Shown here: piece after piece, positions 1 to 9,746 of the stretch
Layout: every line of letters starts with the position of its first letter
Position numbering within the stretch: the first letter of the stretch is position 1
Source: Acidobacteriota bacterium
GTDB lineage: Bacteria > Acidobacteriota > Thermoanaerobaculia > Multivoradales > UBA5704
DNA length: 64,000 bases
NCBI GenBank assembly: GCA_040005235.1
Contig: JBDTZG010000022.1
Coordinates: forward strand, 20,319 to 84,318
Direction: 5' to 3'
The notes under the pieces: generated by a model
Databases searched by the model: none
What the model was told of the DNA's origin: nothing
What the model saw: only the letters and a program-made list of their open reading frames with translations
Made by a program: the position numbers and the translations under genes

Positions 1-2
1 TG

Positions 3-170
3 ACCCGCAGCCCGCGCTCGATCCACCTGGTCAAGGTGAGCGGCCGGAGCTTCTATGACAACCTGCGCGCCAAGCTGCGCTGGGGCGGCCTGGCGCTCGC
101 AGAAGGCGGCGCGGAAACCCCGGCGATGCCTGGAACCGCTTCCGGAAATTCGGAAGGTAGCCCCGGGTGA
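3..170 (+). CDS. nadK: NAD kinase, C-terminal end (truncated by window edge)
   Basis: Frame from nt 3 reads TRSPRSIHLVKVSGRSFYDNLRAKLRWGG...*; the F..LR.KL.WG end is typical of NAD kinases; stop overlaps the tamB start (GTGA). Confidence 0.7.
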   Translation, partial: TRSPRSIHLVKVSGRSFYDNLRAKLRWGGLALAEGGAETPAMPGTASGNSEGSPG

Positions 171-3100
171 GTCGGCGGGAGGAGCGCGCCCGGCCGGCCG
201 GGCGCCTCGAAAAAGCAGACGGAGGCGATGCCGATCCGCCGACCCAAGCCAAAAAGCCGAAGCGGCGACGGCCGGGTCGCCTGCGCCGCTTCGTGCTCCG
301 CCCGTTGGTCTGGGGGGGCGCGCTATTTCTCCTCCTGTTCGCCGGGCTGCTCGCGTTCGTTCAGAGTCCGTTCGCCCGCTCGCGGCTGGCCACCCTGGTC
401 ACCGCGCGGCTCTCCGAGGCGCTCGGCCGTCCGGTCCGCCTGCGCGACGCCCGGGTCGGCCTGCTGCCGCTCGACATCGAGCTTTACGACCTGGTGATTC
501 CCGGCCGGACGGCCCTAGAACCGCCGTTCGCCGAGGTGCCGCTGCTGCGCATTCAAATCTCCTGGCGGGCGTTGCGCCAACGGGTGCTCGATCTCGAACA
601 GATCGAGGCGATGCGGCCGACCGTGCGGCTCGATTTCGCCGAGGACGGCTCGACCAACCTGCCGGTTTTCGGCGGCGGCGGAGGCGGCGGGCGCTCCCGT
701 TTCAGCCTGAAGATCGACCGCGCGCTGGTGCAGGACGGAACGCTGGTCTTGAACGAACGGGTGCTGCCCCTGTCGCTGGAGGCGCGCGGCGTCTGGGGTC
801 GGGTCATGGGGCCGTCGCCGCAGCACCTTTCCGCCCTTGCCACGGTGCAGGACGTCGAGCTGCTGCTGCCCGATGCGAAGCCTTATCACCTGACCGCCTC
901 GCTCAAGGGGTTGATCGAGCCGTCGCTGGTGACGATTCAAAACTACCGCCTGGCCGGGCCGGACTTGAACGTCCAGGGCGCCGGAACCTACTCCTGGAAG
1001 GATCATCGGAACGTCTTCGACCTGGGACTCGAAGGCCGGGGCGACGCCGCGCTGGTCGGTCGGCTCGGCTATCTGGCCGATCCGCTGACCGGCGCGTTTT
1101 CGTTCGACGGCCGGGTCGGGGTCGATCCGGAAAAATGGGGTTGGCAGGCCGATCTGGCCGCGCCCGCGGTGCTCTACGGCGGGGGCGCGGGCGATGGCGG
1201 GAAGAAGCCGCGCGAGATCCACGAGGTGTCGGCCCGAGCGATCGGCGGCGCCAAGAGCGTCGACGTCGCGATCGAGCACGCCCGCTACGCGGAGGGGAGG
1301 GTGGCGGGTCAGGTGAAGGTCGACCTCACCCAATCCGGACCGGGCAAGCCGATCGCGATCGACCTCGATTTCGACCAGCTCGACGTCGCCCGCTTCCTCG
1401 CCGCCGAAGGGCTCGACCTGGCGGTCGCGACTCGCGGCGCCGGATCTTTCGTCTATCGCGCCAAGGCGAACGACCTGCTCGGCGGAAGCGGCGACATCGG
1501 GGTCAAGCTCACCGCCGCGCAGAGCTCGGGGCCCAGCGGCCCGCTGCCGGTCGCGGGCGATCTGCCGCTCACGATCGAGCGCGGCGTCCTGTCTTCGGCT
1601 GGCTTTCATCTGACCGCTCCGTCGGTGACCGCGGAGGGCACCGCGAGCTACGACTTGCAACAATCCAAGGGGACGGTCTCGGCCCGCTTGGCGACCGCCG
1701 ACCTCGCCGCCGCGGCGCGCCTGATCCCCCCCTCGGCACCGGCGGCCGGTCCGGAGATCTGGCGCCCGACGGCGGGACGCGGCACCGCACAGATCGACCT
1801 TTCCCTCGCCGATGGCCGCACCTCGACGACGGTCGCCTACGACCTCGCCGCGGTCGCGGCCCCGGTGCTCGCCGCGGACACCCTTACCGGCTCGTTCACC
1901 TGGGCGAGCGACTCGAAGTCCCCAAGCCTCGGCCGAATCGACGACCTCGTGGCGGATGTCCGGCGCGGTGACGCGCGCCTCGCGGTTTCCGGACGCATTC
2001 CCCTCGACTCCGCAGACTCCTCTGGCAGGGGTCTGCCGCTTGCGCTCTCCGTCGAGGCCGAATCCTGGCCCGCGGAGGAGCTGACGAAGCTGGCGGCAAA
2101 CCTCTCCTCCGGTTCAGGCGCCGCAACCCTGCCGGCGATCGAAGGCCGAGTCACCGGCCGCGTGGCGCTCGGCGGCAGCTTCGCCGCGCCGACCGGCCGC
2201 GCCGATCTGGCGGTCGAAGGGCTCGCCGTATCGGGCTACCCGCTGGGCCGGGCGGACGCCGCGATCGCCTTCGGTGCCGAGCGGATAGAGATCGAACGGC
2301 TGCTGCTGAAAACCGCGGCGGGCGATCTCTCCGGCAACGGCCGGATCGACCGCGCCTCGCGCCGGATCGAGATGGGGCTGGACGCTCCGACGCTCGATCT
2401 GGCCGCCGAGCCGTTCAAGAGCCTGCTGGGAGGACCGGACTCCGGCACCGACCTGACCGGAAAGGGCGCGATCCACGCGGCGGTCTCCGGGACGCTCGAC
2501 CATCCGGAGGCTACCGTCACCGCGAGCGCGAACGATCTCACGCTCGACGGCCGTCCGCTCGCCCAAGGCGGCACCGCACAACTGGTAGCCACCTGGGACG
2601 GCGAGGCGGTCGAAGCCCACGGCTCGCTGCTCGGTCTCGCCACGTTCGCCGGCGGCGGCCGGCTCGACACGAAGGGCGCGGAGGTCGATTTCACGCTCGA
2701 CAGCCCGAACGTCAAGAACCTGCTGGCGCTCGCCGTCCAGGATACCCCCCTGCCGGAGATCACGGGCAGCCTGGCCGGGCGCGTCCGGCTCGCCGCTGAC
2801 TTTTCCGCCGGAACGTTTTCGACCGATCTTTCCGTTCCCCATCTGGACCTTCAGGTCGCCGGCCGCCGGTTGAAGAACCTCGAACCGATCGTCCTGCGCC
2901 TCGACTCGCACCGGCTGAACATCGTTTCGCTCTACCTCGCCGAAGAGGCTTCCGGTAGCGATCTGTTCGCGACCGGCACGATCGGCCTGGGGGCCGGAGC
3001 GAAGCCGCTCGACTTGAAGTTGCAGAGCACCCTCGCGGCGAGCTGGCTCGCGCTGTTTTCTCCCGGCCTCGACGTCGCGGGCTACGTCGACGCGATCGCC

Positions 3101-4315
3101 ACGGTTCGCGGCACGCTCGACCGGCCGTCGATCCGCGGCGAAGGGGAGATCCGCGACGCCCGGCTGATCCTGCCGGACCAGGCCCTGGGCCTCGAAGAGA
3201 TGGCCGGCACGATCCTGTTCAACCGCGATCAGATCGTCTTGGACAACCTGCGCGCCAGAGTGGGCGCCGGAACTCTCCGGGCCTCGGGCCGGGTCTCGGT
3301 GCCGGCGTCCGGCGCCGAGATTTCCTACTCGTTCCAGGCGATCGGCGACCGCATCTCGGTGCGCTTTCCGGAAGGGTTCCTCTCGCGCGGCGACGCCCAA
3401 GTCTCGATCGCCTCCACCCGCGAGGGGCGTCAGATCTCGGGAGAGATCAAGCTCGATCGGGCGTTTTATCTCGACGACGTGGCGGTCGGCACCCTGGACC
3501 TCTTGTCGAGCGCGTTCCGCCGCAGCCGTCTGGAGGTCGAGGAGGCCGACCCGTTCCTCGCGTCGACCGTGCTCAACCTGCGCGTCGTCGGCCCCGGCTC
3601 GCTGCGGGTCCACAATAACGTGGCCGACCTGCGCGGCGACGTCGACCTTTCGATCCGCGGCAACGCGGCGCGCCCGGTGGTGTTCGGCGCAGTCGAGATC
3701 GCCGAGGGGGGCAAGCTGATCTACGCCGACAATGAGTACCGGGTCGAGCGCGGTCGAGTCACGTTCGACAATCCGAACCGGATCGATCCGGTAATCGACT
3801 TGACCGCCAAGACCGAGGTCAAGAACTACGAGATCGCGCTCGATCTTTCGGGCACCGTCGATCGCCTGACCGCGCATTTCCGGAGCGAGGACGGGCTCGC
3901 GGACCTGGATGTCCTGTCGCTGCTCGCCACCGGCCGCGAGCTTGATCCTGGCGCGAGCGAGATCGGGCTCAACACCACGGCCTCCACCCCCACGCCCGGC
4001 CCGAGCTTCGCCGCGGAGTTCCTTGCCAGCCAAGCTGCGTCGGCAGTCTCCAAGCGGGTGCAGAATCTGTTCGGCTTCGACCGCTTCCGCATCGATCCGT
4101 TGGCCGGCGGCACCGGCTCGATCTCGAACGTTCAGTTGACGGTCGGCAAACGCTTGTCGAAAAAACTGTTTGTGACCTATACGACGACCCCTTCGGCGTC
4201 GGAGACGACCGTGCTCCAGGCCGAATGGCAGGTGGGCAAGAATGTGGTCGTCCTGTTCACCAGCAACGGCAGCGACCGCTATTCGGTGGACGTCCAGTGG
4301 GAGAAGCGCCGTTGA
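167..4315 (+). CDS. tamB: Translocation/assembly module TamB-like protein
   Basis: 1382 aa; N-terminal TM anchor, beta-rich AsmA-like body, DUF490-like C-terminus (LTVGKRLSKKLFVTY); directly upstream of an Omp85 gene. Confidence 0.85.
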   Translation: MSRREERARPAGRLEKADGGDADPPTQAKKPKRRRPGRLRRFVLRPLVWGGALFLLLFAGLLAFVQSPFARSRLATLVTARLSEALGRPVRLRDARVGLLPLDIELYDLVIPGRTALEPPFAEVPLLRIQISWRALRQRVLDLEQIEAMRPTVRLDFAEDGSTNLPVFGGGGGGGRSRFSLKIDRALVQDGTLVLNERVLPLSLEARGVWGRVMGPSPQHLSALATVQDVELLLPDAKPYHLTASLKGLIEPSLVTIQNYRLAGPDLNVQGAGTYSWKDHRNVFDLGLEGRGDAALVGRLGYLADPLTGAFSFDGRVGVDPEKWGWQADLAAPAVLYGGGAGDGGKKPREIHEVSARAIGGAKSVDVAIEHARYAEGRVAGQVKVDLTQSGPGKPIAIDLDFDQLDVARFLAAEGLDLAVATRGAGSFVYRAKANDLLGGSGDIGVKLTAAQSSGPSGPLPVAGDLPLTIERGVLSSAGFHLTAPSVTAEGTASYDLQQSKGTVSARLATADLAAAARLIPPSAPAAGPEIWRPTAGRGTAQIDLSLADGRTSTTVAYDLAAVAAPVLAADTLTGSFTWASDSKSPSLGRIDDLVADVRRGDARLAVSGRIPLDSADSSGRGLPLALSVEAESWPAEELTKLAANLSSGSGAATLPAIEGRVTGRVALGGSFAAPTGRADLAVEGLAVSGYPLGRADAAIAFGAERIEIERLLLKTAAGDLSGNGRIDRASRRIEMGLDAPTLDLAAEPFKSLLGGPDSGTDLTGKGAIHAAVSGTLDHPEATVTASANDLTLDGRPLAQGGTAQLVATWDGEAVEAHGSLLGLATFAGGGRLDTKGAEVDFTLDSPNVKNLLALAVQDTPLPEITGSLAGRVRLAADFSAGTFSTDLSVPHLDLQVAGRRLKNLEPIVLRLDSHRLNIVSLYLAEEASGSDLFATGTIGLGAGAKPLDLKLQSTLAASWLALFSPGLDVAGYVDAIATVRGTLDRPSIRGEGEIRDARLILPDQALGLEEMAGTILFNRDQIVLDNLRARVGAGTLRASGRVSVPASGAEISYSFQAIGDRISVRFPEGFLSRGDAQVSIASTREGRQISGEIKLDRAFYLDDVAVGTLDLLSSAFRRSRLEVEEADPFLASTVLNLRVVGPGSLRVHNNVADLRGDVDLSIRGNAARPVVFGAVEIAEGGKLIYADNEYRVERGRVTFDNPNRIDPVIDLTAKTEVKNYEIALDLSGTVDRLTAHFRSEDGLADLDVLSLLATGRELDPGASEIGLNTTASTPTPGPSFAAEFLASQAASAVSKRVQNLFGFDRFRIDPLAGGTGSISNVQLTVGKRLSKKLFVTYTTTPSASETTVLQAEWQVGKNVVVLFTSNGSDRYSVDVQWEKRR

Positions 4316-7296
4316 GAAGGGCGGCCCCGCTCAAGGGAGTCGTGGGACTCGTTGGAGTCTTCGGGCTCGCCGCAGCTATCGGGCTTGGGGGGCTTCTCAC
4401 GGCGGCGCCCGCCCCGGCGGAAGAAACCGCGCCGTCCCCGCCCGCGCCGGGGACCACCGGGCCGATCGTCCAGGCGATCGAAATCCGCAGCGAGACGCCG
4501 ATCGATCCCAACGAGGATCTCGTGTCGCTGCTTTCGATCGAGGTCGGCAAGCCGCTTTCGGACCTCGCGATCCGTCGCACCCTCGCGAACCTCCAGGCGA
4601 GCGGCGCGATCGCCCACGCCGCGGTCTACTCGCGGCCGGCGGGCCCTCCGGCGCACCCGACGCCCGCAGACACCCCCGGCACCTTTGAGACTCCTGAAGT
4701 CATCGCGATCGTCGCCCTCTGGGCGAGCGTGCGGGTCGAATCGGTCGGCCTCGAAGGCAAGTTCGGGGTCAAACAGGCCGACCTGCGCGGCCAGGTGGTC
4801 CAGAGGGAAGCCGAGCCGCTGTCCGAAGGGGCGGTGATCCGCGGCGTCTATCGGTTGGAGGACTATCTGATCAAAGAAGGTTTCCGCACCCCGAGCGTCA
4901 GAGTGCGGGTTACCTTGCCGAACGCGCGCACCGCCAAGGTGGTCTACCAGATCGACGCCGGACCGCGCACGGAGGTTTCGGCGATCGATTTCGAAGGCAC
5001 CCTCGGCCCCTGGAAGCCCGAGGAGCTGCGCGCCCAACTGCGCACCAAGCTCGGTGCGCCCTACCGCGCCGATACTCTGGACGACGACGTCGAGCGGCTC
5101 CAGCGGTGGTTGGCCAAGGGACTCTACGGCCGTGCCCGTCTGGGCGAGCCGCGGGTCGAATCCGCCGTCGCGGTACCCCCGGCTACGGGCGCTCCGGTGG
5201 CAGCCCAAGGTTCGACGACCGAGGTGCCGCTCGTGCGGGTGATCTTTCCCGTCGAGGTCGGGCCGAAGATCGAGGTCCGCGTAGTAGGCGCCGATCTCGA
5301 CAAGCTCAAGAAGAAGGGCCTGCTGCCGTTTCTCGGCGATACGGGGTACGACGAAGCGCTGGTCCTCAGCTCGGTGGCGAAGATCAAGGACGACTTCCAG
5401 CGCCAGGGCCATTACCACGTGAAGATCGATCCTCAGGAAATGCCCGCGGGCGACAAGTTCGTGATCGAGCTCAAGATCGAGCCCGGCGCGGTCTACATCC
5501 TCCGGCGGGTCGAGCTATCGGGCAACTCGACTTTTTCCGACAAGACCCTGGAAGATTTCACCGCGGTTTCGGCCCGCCGGTTGCTCTCGATCGGCAGCGG
5601 CCGACTGATCGAATCGGAGCTGGCGCAGGACGTCAAAAACCTGCGCGCCTATTATCTGCTTCAGGGATTTCCCGACGTCCAGGTCGGCCCGCCGCAAGTC
5701 GCGGAGGAAGGGTTGGATCTCACGGTCAAAATCCCGATCCGCGAAGGCCGGCGCGAGCAGATCGGCACGGTCACCTATTCCGGCTTCGAGCCCGATCATT
5801 TGAACCCGGAGCGCTTGAGCCCGCCGCTCAAGCTCGCCGACGGTCCCTACCATCCTCAGATCGTCGACGGCGTCCTGGAGCGCCTGCGGGCGGAGTACTC
5901 GGGCGTCGGCTTTTCCGAAGCCCGGGTCTCCGCCGAATCGACTTGGAACGAGGACCACAGCCGCGTCGACCTGGTCTTTTCCGCGCTCGAAGGCCCGCGC
6001 ATCACGGTCGATCGGATCATCGTGCGCGGCAACCGCCGGACCGATTCGGAGGTGATCCGCCGTACCCTCGGTCTCAAGCCCGGCGATCCTGCGAGCGACG
6101 CCAGGCTGCTCGAAGTCGAGCGCACTCTCTACAAGCTGAACATCTTCTCGCGGGTCGAGGTCGAGCTGGTCCGTTCGGCGCTCGACGATACGACGCGCGA
6201 CGTGCTGGTCCGCGTCCAGGAAGGCAAGCCGGTCACCCTCACCTACGGCATCGGCTACGACTCGGACGACGGACTGCGCGGCCTCCTCGGCTTCAATCAT
6301 TCGAACGTCGGCGGCCAGGCCTACGCGTTGCGCAGCGACCTGCGGCTGTCGAGCACCTCCAGCCGCTTCCGCCTGCTGTTCGACCAGCCGTACGTCTTCC
6401 ACCTGGCGAAGCCCCTCACCACGTCGCTCTTTTACGAGCAGGGCCAGGCGGCGCAGAAGGCGTTCGAGCTGACCCGCTATGGCGCGCGCACCGAGACCAC
6501 CGACGCGGTGGGCCGGCACGGTCGCCTCTCGCTCGGTCTCGACTACCGGGTGGTCGAAGTCGACAAGCTCGCCACCGGGGTCGCGCTCTCCGACCTCGAA
6601 CGCGACGCCCGGCCGGTGCAACTCGCGAACTTCTACCCCAGCTTCCTCTACGACCGGCGGGACGATCCGGTTCTCCCCTCGCGCGGCTACTCGAGCCTGG
6701 CGCAGCTTCAATACTCGTTCCCGCTGCTCGGCGCGCAGGGCGATTTCCTGAAGGTATTCCTCCAGCAGACCCAGCTGTTCCCGTTCAAAGGCGGCAAGAG
6801 CGGCCGGCAGATGGTGCTCGCCGCCTCTTTGCGAACCGGTGGGATCGAAGCCTTCCGCGAGCTGGCCTCGGCGGACGACACCACCGATCTCGCCAGCCGC
6901 AACATCTTCATTTCGGAGCGCTTCTTCTCCGGCGGCAGCACCACCCACCGGGCCTTCGGCCGTGACGAGCTGGGCCTTCCGGGGAAGACTCTAATCCTCC
7001 CCGACGGCAAAAGCTCCTTCGTGCCGATCGGCGGCAACGGCCTGCTCCTCGCGAACCTGGAGCTGCGCTTCCCGCTCGCCGGAGCCCTTGGCGGAGTGGT
7101 CTTCGCCGACAGCGGGAACGTCTGGGCCGACTGGCGCGACATCGACCCGTCGGAGCTCCGCACCGGGGTGGGCGTGGGCCTCCGCTATCTCTCCCCGATC
7201 GGCCCTTTGCGCATCGATTTCGGCTGGAAGCTCGACCGCGAAAAAGAGGAGAAGAAGGGCGTGCAGATCTCGTTCACGTTCGGCAATCCGTTCTGA
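4312..7296 (+). CDS. BamA/TamA-family (Omp85) outer membrane protein with multiple POTRA domains
   Basis: POTRA-like repeats (IIVRGNRRTDSEVIRR), FFSGGSTTHRAF motif, C-terminal GVGLRYLSPIGPLRIDFG...FGNPF; TTG start overlapping the tamB stop is inferred. Confidence 0.9.
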   Translation: MRRAAPLKGVVGLVGVFGLAAAIGLGGLLTAAPAPAEETAPSPPAPGTTGPIVQAIEIRSETPIDPNEDLVSLLSIEVGKPLSDLAIRRTLANLQASGAIAHAAVYSRPAGPPAHPTPADTPGTFETPEVIAIVALWASVRVESVGLEGKFGVKQADLRGQVVQREAEPLSEGAVIRGVYRLEDYLIKEGFRTPSVRVRVTLPNARTAKVVYQIDAGPRTEVSAIDFEGTLGPWKPEELRAQLRTKLGAPYRADTLDDDVERLQRWLAKGLYGRARLGEPRVESAVAVPPATGAPVAAQGSTTEVPLVRVIFPVEVGPKIEVRVVGADLDKLKKKGLLPFLGDTGYDEALVLSSVAKIKDDFQRQGHYHVKIDPQEMPAGDKFVIELKIEPGAVYILRRVELSGNSTFSDKTLEDFTAVSARRLLSIGSGRLIESELAQDVKNLRAYYLLQGFPDVQVGPPQVAEEGLDLTVKIPIREGRREQIGTVTYSGFEPDHLNPERLSPPLKLADGPYHPQIVDGVLERLRAEYSGVGFSEARVSAESTWNEDHSRVDLVFSALEGPRITVDRIIVRGNRRTDSEVIRRTLGLKPGDPASDARLLEVERTLYKLNIFSRVEVELVRSALDDTTRDVLVRVQEGKPVTLTYGIGYDSDDGLRGLLGFNHSNVGGQAYALRSDLRLSSTSSRFRLLFDQPYVFHLAKPLTTSLFYEQGQAAQKAFELTRYGARTETTDAVGRHGRLSLGLDYRVVEVDKLATGVALSDLERDARPVQLANFYPSFLYDRRDDPVLPSRGYSSLAQLQYSFPLLGAQGDFLKVFLQQTQLFPFKGGKSGRQMVLAASLRTGGIEAFRELASADDTTDLASRNIFISERFFSGGSTTHRAFGRDELGLPGKTLILPDGKSSFVPIGGNGLLLANLELRFPLAGALGGVVFADSGNVWADWRDIDPSELRTGVGVGLRYLSPIGPLRIDFGWKLDREKEEKKGVQISFTFGNPF

Positions 7297-7359
7297 CGGC
7301 AGCCCCAGGGGGCGCCGGCACCCAGGCAACCCCCACCTGCGCTATCGTTCGCACCGCCC

Positions 7360-8664
7360 ATGAGAGACCTCACCCCGCAAGCCTTCGCCACCGCCCTCTT
7401 GGACGCCGGCATTCACCGCGCGTTTTTCGCCTGGGATGCCGCGTCCGGCATCCTTCGCGCTTCGCATCCGCTGCTCGATCCGCTCGCCCGAATGCTCGCC
7501 GAGGACCGGCGCGATTTCGACCGCCACGAGGGGATCTTCCTCCAGGTGGCTCCCGACACCGGGGTGCTCCAGGCCGCGTTCGTCCACCGCACCTGCCGCG
7601 GCCAGGGCTCCGGCGGCCTGCGCTTCTGGCGCTACGACACGATGGAGGATTTTCTCCGCGACGGCCTGCGCCTTTCGCGCGGCATGACGCACAAGAACGC
7701 TCTCGCCGGCATTTGGTGGGGGGGCGGCAAAGGGGTGATCGCCCGCGGCACCGGCCGGTCGGAAGAGCCGGAGGCCCGCAAGCGGATCTTCGAAGAGTAC
7801 GGCGCCTTCGTCTCCAGCCTCGCAGGCTGCTACGTCACGGCGGAAGACGTGGGCACGGTCCCCGCCGACATCGCGACGGTCTTTTCGGCCAGCCGCTTCG
7901 TCACCTGCATTCCTCCCGCCGTAGGCGGCAGCGGCAACCCCTCGGCCCCCACCGCTCGCGGCGTGGTCCGCGGCATGGAGGCTGCCCTCGCGCACCTGGG
8001 GATGGGAACGCTCGAAGGCAAAAGCGTCGCGGTCCAGGGTCTCGGCCACGTAGGCGATGCCCTGATCGGCTTCTTAGCCGAACGTGGCGTCCGCCGCATC
8101 GTCGGCTCGGACGTCTCGGCCGACCGGGTGACGGCGCTGGTTGAAAAGACCGAGGGCTACCCGAATCTGGAGCTGGACCTCCGAGTGGTCGAGCGCGGCG
8201 ACGACTCGATTCTCGCGGTGGAAGCCGACCTGCTCGCCCCCTGCGCCACGGGAGGAGTCCTCGGACCGCAGAGCATCCCGGGCATCCAAGCGAAAATCGT
8301 CTGCGGCGCGGCGAACAACCAGCTGGAGGATCCGGAGCGCGACGACTTGTCCCTCGCCGAACGGGGCATCCTCTACCTGCCCGACTTCCTGGTGAACCGG
8401 ATGGGGATCGTCAACTGCGCCGACGAGGCGTTCGGCTCGCTCCCCCACGACCCGCGGATCGAAGCCCACCTCGGCGACGAATGGGACAACAGCATCTACA
8501 ACCTCTCGCTCGCAATCCTCAAAACCGCCCAGGATTCCGGAAAAACCCCGGCCCGCGTCGCCTTGGAACTCGCCGAGAAGCGCTCGTTCGATCTCCACCC
8601 CATCTGGGGCCACCGCGGCGCACAGATCATCGCCAGCCGGGTCGCCGGGGGGTGGGCGGGGTAA
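7360..8664 (+). CDS. Glu/Leu/Phe/Val dehydrogenase (leucine dehydrogenase-like)
   Basis: GGLRF, GMTHKNALAG...GGGKGVI, TAEDVGT, VQGLGHVG and GAANNQL motifs. Confidence 0.9.
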   Translation: MRDLTPQAFATALLDAGIHRAFFAWDAASGILRASHPLLDPLARMLAEDRRDFDRHEGIFLQVAPDTGVLQAAFVHRTCRGQGSGGLRFWRYDTMEDFLRDGLRLSRGMTHKNALAGIWWGGGKGVIARGTGRSEEPEARKRIFEEYGAFVSSLAGCYVTAEDVGTVPADIATVFSASRFVTCIPPAVGGSGNPSAPTARGVVRGMEAALAHLGMGTLEGKSVAVQGLGHVGDALIGFLAERGVRRIVGSDVSADRVTALVEKTEGYPNLELDLRVVERGDDSILAVEADLLAPCATGGVLGPQSIPGIQAKIVCGAANNQLEDPERDDLSLAERGILYLPDFLVNRMGIVNCADEAFGSLPHDPRIEAHLGDEWDNSIYNLSLAILKTAQDSGKTPARVALELAEKRSFDLHPIWGHRGAQIIASRVAGGWAG

Positions 8665-8670
8665 AAAATC

Positions 8671-9363
8671 CTACCGCCTGCGGAACACGAAAAGATGCTG
8701 CGTCGGCAGGCTCTCGATCCTCTCGGCCAGCTCGAATCCTGCCGGAATCCACTCGCCGAGCACTTGCTCGACCGACATCCGGTGCTCGATGTTGATCTTG
8801 AGGGCGGTGTCTCCCTCCAATCGGTACTCGACCAAAGCGACCCGGCCGCCCGGTGCGAGGGACGTCAGCAGATGAGCGAGCATCTCTTTCGGTTTCTGGA
8901 ACTCGTGGTAGACGTCCACCAGCAGAATCAGATCGATCCCGCCGGCCGGCAGCCTCGGATCGGTCTCGGTCCCAAGGATCGTCCGAATGTTCGAGATCCC
9001 ATCCTCCTTGGCCCGCATCCGCACCCGCTCCAGCATCTCCGGCTGAATCTCCTCGGCATAAATGATCCCCCGAGGAGCCACCCGCCCCGCCATTCGCCGC
9101 GCGAAATACCCCGTCCCGCACCCCACGTCCGCCACCCGGTCCCCATCCTTCAACCCCAAAATCTCCAACAGCTCATCCGGCCGCTCCTCCCCCTCCCGAC
9201 TCTCCCGCTCCAACCACTCCTGCCCCGTAAACACCTGAGCCGGCTTGCGATGCGGAACCGGCTGTTCCGCGCACCCGCCGCAGGCGACGAGGAGTGAGGC
9301 GACAAGGGAAGCGAGAAAGGCGAAGGAGAGAGAAACGGAACGGGGCAAGCGGCGCGCGTTCAT
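8671..9363 (-). CDS. Class I SAM-dependent methyltransferase, probably a lipoprotein or exported
   Basis: VADVGCGTGY motif I, LLVDVYHE; start at MNARRL with a signal-like LVAC; the ORF-track extension into the repeat array is not used. Confidence 0.85.
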   Translation of the reverse strand: MNARRLPRSVSLSFAFLASLVASLLVACGGCAEQPVPHRKPAQVFTGQEWLERESREGEERPDELLEILGLKDGDRVADVGCGTGYFARRMAGRVAPRGIIYAEEIQPEMLERVRMRAKEDGISNIRTILGTETDPRLPAGGIDLILLVDVYHEFQKPKEMLAHLLTSLAPGGRVALVEYRLEGDTALKINIEHRMSVEQVLGEWIPAGFELAERIESLPTQHLFVFRRR

Positions 9364-9395
9364 GGAGGAGAGTGTACTCGGCAGGGCGAGACAGA

Positions 9396-9654
9396 CTCTC
9401 GAACCGTCGAAGTTCACTTTTTTCCGGTTTAGGAGTGAACTCGAGGAGCTGGAGAGCGAACTTTTTCGCCTGAAGTTCGCTTTCAAACGGTTGAAGTTCA
9501 CTTTTCAGCCGTTGGAGAGTGAACTCGAGGAGTTTGAAAGCGAACTTTTTTGGTTCAAGTTCGCTCTCGAACCGTTGAAGTTCACTTTTTTCCGGTTGGA
9601 GAGTGAACTCGAGGCGGTGAGGAGCGAACTTTTTCGGTTCAAGTTCGCTTTCGA
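9396..9654. repeat. Three tandem 84-bp units, each made of two palindromic hairpins (core AGTTCRCT in alternating orientation)
   Basis: Units start at 9396, 9480 and 9564; in unit 1 AGTTCACT(9411)/AGTGAACT(9434) and AGCGAACT(9455)/AGTTCGCT(9474), repeated with period 84. Confidence 0.95.
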
Positions 9655-9681
9655 GGTTCCCGCCTTGGTAGGAACCCTGCG

Positions 9682-9690
9682 TGGTAAAAT
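9682..9690 (+). promoter_or_regulatory. Extended -10 promoter (TGgTAAAAT) for the ImmA/IrrE-PIN operon
   Basis: TGnTAAAAT about 55 nt upstream of the ATG at 9747. Confidence 0.5.
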
Positions 9691-9746
9691 GGCCCTGCGG
9701 AGATCTCCGCTCTTGTTGGGGGTGTATCGTGGCCCGTTCTTCGCCG

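Noticed and set aside
9401-9650. GTTC/GAAC motifs as LexA boxes
   Set aside because: Spacing fits neither GTTC-N7-GTTC nor GAAC-N4-GTTC.
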